Source: a virus. Taken from it: a stretch of 64,000 nucleotides of DNA. Made by a program: the position numbers and the translations under genes. The stretch spans positions 32,001 through 96,000 of IMG/VR virus record IMGVR_UViG_3300016469_000277. One strand, 5' to 3'. Positions 58,683-64,000 of this stretch are shown one piece after another (position 1 is the stretch's first letter; each line of letters begins with the position of its first letter). The notes below the pieces were generated by a model. The model worked only from the letters and a program-made list of their open reading frames with translations, was not told the origin of the DNA and did no database searches.

Positions 58683-60248
58683 ATGCCAAACATGAACATC
58701 CCACGCGTCAATGGCCGAATAGTCGCTAACGCTGGAACTGCTAGTTCTTACTATCAGAAGAATAAACTTGGAAAGTTTACTGATAAGAACTTTATTGAAA
58801 CAATGCTTCGTACTTCCCCCGATCAGTACGACAAAGCTATGATTCGTCTTTTCACTGACACCCGTCTTTACTCAAACGACTTTGTTGATTTGGTGATGAA
58901 CTCAGGTGCTCCTTTCGTTTCTAACGATCCTAACGGTGTTTTTACCTACAAGATTAAGAAAAGGGCTGAGCTTCCTAAAATCATGATTAACTTGGCTGAC
59001 ACCACTCCTAAGCCTGGTGTTGACGGTCAAACTTTTGAGTTGGTATTTGACAAAGAAATGTTCGCTGTTAATGATGTGATCTCTGCTCATCGTCGTGAAC
59101 AGGAAGTTTTGATTCAGATTGTTTCTGATTTCGAACCTTATCAGAACTTCTTCAAATACACTTGTAAAGCTGTAGGTGAATCTACTGACTACGTTCACCA
59201 GCGTTTCTTGAGTGTTGGTACCGAATACTTCAAAATCGGTATGTTGTCAGGCGAATACACTACCAGCTGGTCTAGCCTTGGTGCTATTGACGGTAGCTTG
59301 GAAGTTGTAAACGACGTATTGCAACAGTACGGTATCGAACATACTATCACCGATTGGGCTGACGCTACCAAAATTGGTGTTAAGTATGACGCTGCTGGTA
59401 AGCCTATCAACGACATCACTTACTACTCTATCGCTGAAATTGACATCAATGGCCAACCTATCAACGTAACAGTTGGTTGGGAACCTACCGTATCTAAATT
59501 GATGCGTATGGAAATGATTCGCATGAAAGCTAACACTTTGATGTGGGGTCGTAAAGGTAACGGTGTAGATGAAAAAGGTCGTCCTGTACGTGCTAAAGCT
59601 GGTTTGTGGCAGCAATTGCACCTTGGTAACGTAATTTATTACGACAAAGGTCAATTCTCAATCAACTTGCTTCGTTCTGCAGTAGGTGACTTGTTCTACA
59701 ACCGTGTACGTATCGAAGATCGTCACGTTAAAATCTACACAAACCGTTCTGGTATGGAATTGGCTGCTACCGCTATGAAGAAAGACTTCAATGCTTCTGG
59801 CTTCACAGTGTTGGCTTCTGATTTCTTGGATAGCAAAGCTAACGGAGCAAACGGTAAAGACCGTCGCTTGAACCAGGGTTATGCTTTCCAATTCGACCAC
59901 TTTATGACAGTTGAAACTGGCTTGGTTGAATTCAAAGAACTCGAACAGTTGAACGAACATGCTACTTTCTTGGAACTTGGTCCTAACAAGAAAACTCCTC
60001 CGATCTATATTATCCTTGATATTTCTGGCGAAGGTGGATCAAACATCCGCGAATGTAAGCTTGGCACTCGTCCTAACATGATGTACAAATACATTCCTGG
60101 TGCTACAGATTCTAGCATTGCTAAAATGTTTGGAAACTTGGCTACCTCGAAAGATCCGTATGATACTATCTTGATGAAAGACTGGGCTGGTATCTTCTTG
60201 GAAGATCCTACCAGGACTATCCTCATCAAAGAATATCCTCAGATCTAA
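58683..60248 (+). CDS. major capsid protein
   Basis: 521 aa, synteny, AGLWQQ motif, strongly biased codons, followed by a terminator. Confidence 0.85.
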   Translation: MPNMNIPRVNGRIVANAGTASSYYQKNKLGKFTDKNFIETMLRTSPDQYDKAMIRLFTDTRLYSNDFVDLVMNSGAPFVSNDPNGVFTYKIKKRAELPKIMINLADTTPKPGVDGQTFELVFDKEMFAVNDVISAHRREQEVLIQIVSDFEPYQNFFKYTCKAVGESTDYVHQRFLSVGTEYFKIGMLSGEYTTSWSSLGAIDGSLEVVNDVLQQYGIEHTITDWADATKIGVKYDAAGKPINDITYYSIAEIDINGQPINVTVGWEPTVSKLMRMEMIRMKANTLMWGRKGNGVDEKGRPVRAKAGLWQQLHLGNVIYYDKGQFSINLLRSAVGDLFYNRVRIEDRHVKIYTNRSGMELAATAMKKDFNASGFTVLASDFLDSKANGANGKDRRLNQGYAFQFDHFMTVETGLVEFKELEQLNEHATFLELGPNKKTPPIYIILDISGEGGSNIRECKLGTRPNMMYKYIPGATDSSIAKMFGNLATSKDPYDTILMKDWAGIFLEDPTRTILIKEYPQI

Positions 60249-60258
60249 TCAACCCTAT

Positions 60259-60293
60259 ATTAGTGGGAGAGCTTAATTGACTCTCCCACTAAC
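60259..60293 (+). terminator. terminator-like hairpin after capsid gene
   Basis: TTAGTGGGAGAG/CTCTCCCACTAA. Confidence 0.7.
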
Positions 60294-60323
60294 TAATTAA
60301 ACCAAAAACAAAACCAAAAACCA

Positions 60324-61280
60324 ATGCCACGTTCTAGAAAACAAGAAAAAAGTCCTGTAGAAGGTTTGAAAATTATCAGACCCTACATGAAAAAACCTGC
60401 AAATGACAGGACAATTGAATCAAGTCTGTATAAAAACGGACACGCTTTCATCCCTAATACTTTGAGAACATTTCTTCCCAAAGTAGACGCAAGAGGAGCT
60501 GTACGTACAGGCTTAGACCCCGATGCAATTAAGATTAAAGCAATCTTTGATCCTGAGTTGCGTCAACAGGAGAAGGAAAGAATTGAATCCTTAAAGGCTT
60601 ATTACGAGTCTATTTTAGGTGAAAGTTTGGACCCAACTGCAGAGTTCTTTAAAGAAGTAAAAGATCAAGGCTACGCTTTAGAAGACGGAGACAACGTATT
60701 CGATTTAGCTAATGCTCGTCAAGCAATCACTTACTACTGGTTGATGGAAACCGGAATGATTGCAAATAGTATTGACGAAATTGAGTCAGGTAAACTTGAC
60801 CCAAGTATCGTTAAATTTTATGTACATGACGAAGACATGGATGCTAAGTTGAAGTTTGAGAAGAAACGTAAGACCAACGAAGCTAGAGTACGTCTTGACC
60901 AAATGAGCCCAGTTGAGAGATCAAGAGTTGCTAAACTTTTAGGATTAGGTGTAAGCTTTAACACTAAGTCTGAAGATGTTTATAACATTCTTGACGACTA
61001 CTTGAGTAAACCTGCAAGTCAACTTGGTCTAGATCCTATTGAGACATTTAACAAAACGGCCTCAATGTCTAGCGAACTCATTGAAATTAAGTCCTTTGTG
61101 ATTGACTTAACCAGAGCAAATATCATCCGTCTAAAGGGTAGTATTGTAATGGAAGGTAATCAAGTTTGGGCTAAAACAGTAGAGGAATTTGAACTCTTCC
61201 TCTCAGACAAAGCAAACAAGGAAGTCTACGACGCGTTCAAAGACAAACTTAAAAACAAAATAGCGATAGATAATATCTGA
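60324..61280 (+). CDS. conserved crAss-like protein downstream of MCP
   Basis: Synteny; RTGLD motif. Confidence 0.6.
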   Translation: MPRSRKQEKSPVEGLKIIRPYMKKPANDRTIESSLYKNGHAFIPNTLRTFLPKVDARGAVRTGLDPDAIKIKAIFDPELRQQEKERIESLKAYYESILGESLDPTAEFFKEVKDQGYALEDGDNVFDLANARQAITYYWLMETGMIANSIDEIESGKLDPSIVKFYVHDEDMDAKLKFEKKRKTNEARVRLDQMSPVERSRVAKLLGLGVSFNTKSEDVYNILDDYLSKPASQLGLDPIETFNKTASMSSELIEIKSFVIDLTRANIIRLKGSIVMEGNQVWAKTVEEFELFLSDKANKEVYDAFKDKLKNKIAIDNI

Positions 61281-61993
61281 TGATTCCGGTAAATGAGCTT
61301 TTTAATGAATTTAAATTATCTCTGAATAAAGTAGCTAGGGAGGATAACTTCTCCCTACCTACTCCAGACATAATTACTTTTCTTAACAAAGCTCAAATAA
61401 GTTGGGTTAAAGTAAGAATGAACCCAAATAATACCTTAAAAGTTGGATACGAATCTATCAGAAAAAGAATAGACGACCTGCAAATACTTAAAGTCAATGA
61501 CTATAAGTTAAACGTAGTAAAGTCTGTTGAGCCCACATACCAATCGTATGTATGTTCTTTGAAAGACGCACCTGACTATATGTTTTATGTAGCCTCACAC
61601 TCAATCGCCAAGAAAGGCAACTGTGAAGACGCAATATTTAACAACTTAGTTAGAGAAGGTGATTTAAGAACTCACTACTTTGACGTCAATTACAACCCTA
61701 ACTTCGAATGGAGAGAAACATTAGCAACTTTGGGTTCTGATAATTTGTACATCTATGTAACTGACTTTGAGATTACTGGCGTTCATTTAACCTACTTGAG
61801 ATACCCCCAATATATTGACATTGAAGGGTATACTAGGTTAGACGGCACTTCTTCAGTGAATCAGGATTGCGAACTCCCTGAGTATGCAAAACAAGACATT
61901 GTAGATTTAGCTGTAAAATTTGCTGCACAAGCAACCGATAACGCATTCCAGTCTCAAGCTGCGGATAACCGTATCACCTTAAACGACGAATAA
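61280..61993 (+). CDS. putative head-tail ring/adaptor protein
   Basis: FLNKAQ...KRIDDLQ.L...YLRYP...CELP....DIVDLAV; synteny. Confidence 0.7.
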   Translation: MIPVNELFNEFKLSLNKVAREDNFSLPTPDIITFLNKAQISWVKVRMNPNNTLKVGYESIRKRIDDLQILKVNDYKLNVVKSVEPTYQSYVCSLKDAPDYMFYVASHSIAKKGNCEDAIFNNLVREGDLRTHYFDVNYNPNFEWRETLATLGSDNLYIYVTDFEITGVHLTYLRYPQYIDIEGYTRLDGTSSVNQDCELPEYAKQDIVDLAVKFAAQATDNAFQSQAADNRITLNDE

Positions 61994-62023
61994 AATAAAC
62001 ATTAACCCTAATTAATCTAAATC

Positions 62024-63316
62024 ATGGATTACACTATTAATCGAATATTTGTCCCCCTTGGTAACTTGATTACCACTGGCGACACTTCTGCTTTGACTCT
62101 TCAAGAGATCGGCTTCTACAACCCTAACACTTTCCAAGCTCTTGCTGCCTACAACGTAGATCAGCTTTTGGTTGCTTTTGGTAGCGGTGTTTCTCAGTGG
62201 GGTAGCTTCAAAAGCTCAACCCTTAAGAAATCTAATGTTATCGACTTTACCAAAAGTGTAGCTAACACTACCTCTAAGCAACAAATCACTTGGATTGGTT
62301 GGGATGGCGTTAGCGATTCTACTGCTCCTACCTTCAAGTGTGACGAAGAGTACATTATCACTTTCTTGATTCGTGAATACTACTCTCGTGGTATTTTCCA
62401 ACCTTTGATTCGTGAGTCTGTACGTATCAAAACTTCTTGCTGCGACGAATGTTCTAGCAACTGTGATGCTCTTGATTGCAAAGACTTCATGCAGTCTGCT
62501 GTTGACCAAATCAACAACAACCCCTTGTTGAGCAAATACCTCGTAGCTGAAGCTGTAACTGATTGTACCGGAGGTACTGAAGGTTACACCACTTTCACTT
62601 TGACAGTTCCTACTCCCGATGACGAAGGAGATTTTGAATTGGCTCTTCTTGACTTCTATGGTGACTGTATCGCTGAAGGCGGTATCAGCTATGAAACTGG
62701 TGATGAAAACACTACTTTCACCATCATTCCTCTTCCTGGTTGTGGTCGTGAGACTTTCGACGTATACGAAGGTGTTGAGTGGGAAGAAGTTTACGTTCCT
62801 GGTAGCCAAACTTGTAAGTGTGGTATCAAAGTAACAGGAAATGCTCTTGATGACTTCGGTACTCCTTGTATCCCTGATGCTGTTCCTTATGTTGCTAACT
62901 TGGTTCGTTTCCATGCTGTAGTACACGAAGGCCCTTACAACACTCAGGATTTTGACATCGAACAAGAGTGCGGTGCTTGGAGTGTTATCACTACCCAAAA
63001 CGTACAATACTCTATCGGTGATAGCTCTGCTATGGCTGAACGTGAACGTCACTACTTCCGTTACAACCTCCCTGGAAATGTTTATCAGGCTGGTTACTAC
63101 TGGAATCCTGTGTACAATAACGACACCAAGTTGTATGCAGATCCTACTGCTGAGTACATTGTGTATCGTGTTAACTACTACATCAACGAGCCTAAAGGCT
63201 TTGAGAAGAAGTTCCCTTACACTGAGGCTGTAGAAATTTGGGTAGACTCAACTAACGCAGTTCTTGCTGCTGCTATTGAGACTGCTCTTGAAACCTTCAC
63301 TGGTATCCTCGTATAA
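62024..63316 (+). CDS. putative auxiliary capsid/structural protein
   Basis: Capsid-like codon bias, synteny, downstream terminator (63323-63363). Confidence 0.6.
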   Translation: MDYTINRIFVPLGNLITTGDTSALTLQEIGFYNPNTFQALAAYNVDQLLVAFGSGVSQWGSFKSSTLKKSNVIDFTKSVANTTSKQQITWIGWDGVSDSTAPTFKCDEEYIITFLIREYYSRGIFQPLIRESVRIKTSCCDECSSNCDALDCKDFMQSAVDQINNNPLLSKYLVAEAVTDCTGGTEGYTTFTLTVPTPDDEGDFELALLDFYGDCIAEGGISYETGDENTTFTIIPLPGCGRETFDVYEGVEWEEVYVPGSQTCKCGIKVTGNALDDFGTPCIPDAVPYVANLVRFHAVVHEGPYNTQDFDIEQECGAWSVITTQNVQYSIGDSSAMAERERHYFRYNLPGNVYQAGYYWNPVYNNDTKLYADPTAEYIVYRVNYYINEPKGFEKKFPYTEAVEIWVDSTNAVLAAAIETALETFTGILV

Positions 63317-63389
63317 TGAATAAAGGGAGGGGGAGTAAAATCCTCCTCCCATTTTTCTTTTTTGAAAACAACTTTAAACTAAAAATAAA

Positions 63390-63917
63390 ATGAGTGAAAT
63401 AATTTTAACCAGTGGATCCTATCACAAGTATGTAAGTGGCAGTTCTATTGCAAAGACTGTTGTAAAACATGGTGGTTATTCTTTGACTACTGCTGTTTTG
63501 GATATTCTTGCTGCTAACACTTGCTGCACCAAAAACATTGTAGCTGATAGTTTGACTGTAGAAGGTCCTATTACTTTTACAGTGGGTTCTAGTACTCTCC
63601 ATGCAGCTTTTGTACCTAGTGCTGCTCCTCAAAACATTACTGCAGGAACAGGTGGCGCAATTAACGTAACTAGCTTTTTTACTACTTTGAATACTGATGC
63701 AGGCGGAGATACTTATACTCTTGCTAACGGAACAGTAGTAGGCCAACTTAAAAAGATTTATCTTTTGGTTGATGGAGGCGGAAACGCTGTAATTACTCCT
63801 GTTAATCTTGCTGCCGGAACTACCATTACTATGAACGACGCAGGTGACTACGTAGTTCTTCTTTGGAATGGTACCGATTGGGTAGTAATTGAAAACATCG
63901 GATCTACTATTGCTTAA
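63390..63917 (+). CDS. putative structural protein
   Basis: TLANG...GQLKKI...L.WNGTDW fibre-tip-like motif. Confidence 0.6.
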   Translation: MSEIILTSGSYHKYVSGSSIAKTVVKHGGYSLTTAVLDILAANTCCTKNIVADSLTVEGPITFTVGSSTLHAAFVPSAAPQNITAGTGGAINVTSFFTTLNTDAGGDTYTLANGTVVGQLKKIYLLVDGGGNAVITPVNLAAGTTITMNDAGDYVVLLWNGTDWVVIENIGSTIA

Positions 63918-64000
63918 TAAATGAAACTTCAACTTAACGTAGAACCATTAGAAACTTGTGATTGTAAAACTCTTGCAATCCTAGATACTAGTTATTACCC

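Noticed and set aside
58902-63932. Long antisense ORFs over capsid and structural genes (also 4314-5267 over the fibre gene)
   Set aside because: Shadow ORFs from codon bias of the sense genes, with no recognisable motifs
1-64000. Stop-codon reassignment, as in some crAss-like phages
   Set aside because: Core genes are full length in the standard code, TAG and TGA both end genes, and no suppressor tRNA is evident

Overview
AT-rich dsDNA phage with crAss-like (Crassvirales-type) organisation, most likely infecting a Bacteroidota host, as inferred from repeated TTG-N~20-TAnnTTTG (-33/-7) promoters. The + strand carries late genes: lysis and tail fibre (503-7507), then terminase, portal, scaffold, major capsid and ring/auxiliary capsid genes (47308-64000). 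The - strand (7526-47058) carries replication and repair genes (PolA, primase, DnaB-like and SF2 helicases, SSB, UDG, SPL-like radical SAM, AlkB-like) and about 50 small accessory ORFs. Most notable is the non-coding content of the early region (~37.8-47.2 kb, - strand): two type III hammerhead ribozymes bracketing a 452-nt structured ORF-less RNA; one intact twister ribozyme; a second twister split by a GIY-YIG endonuclease cassette whose ends contain antisense copies of the ribozyme core; two Leu-like tRNA mimics with identical D/T arms but unrelated oversized centres; several multi-stem or pseudoknotted RNAs; and an attC-like gene cassette. A group I intron with a LAGLIDADG gene in its P1 loop interrupts an M28/M42-like peptidase at the active-site motif. 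All calls come from motif recognition and manual base-pairing; no searches or folding programs were run.
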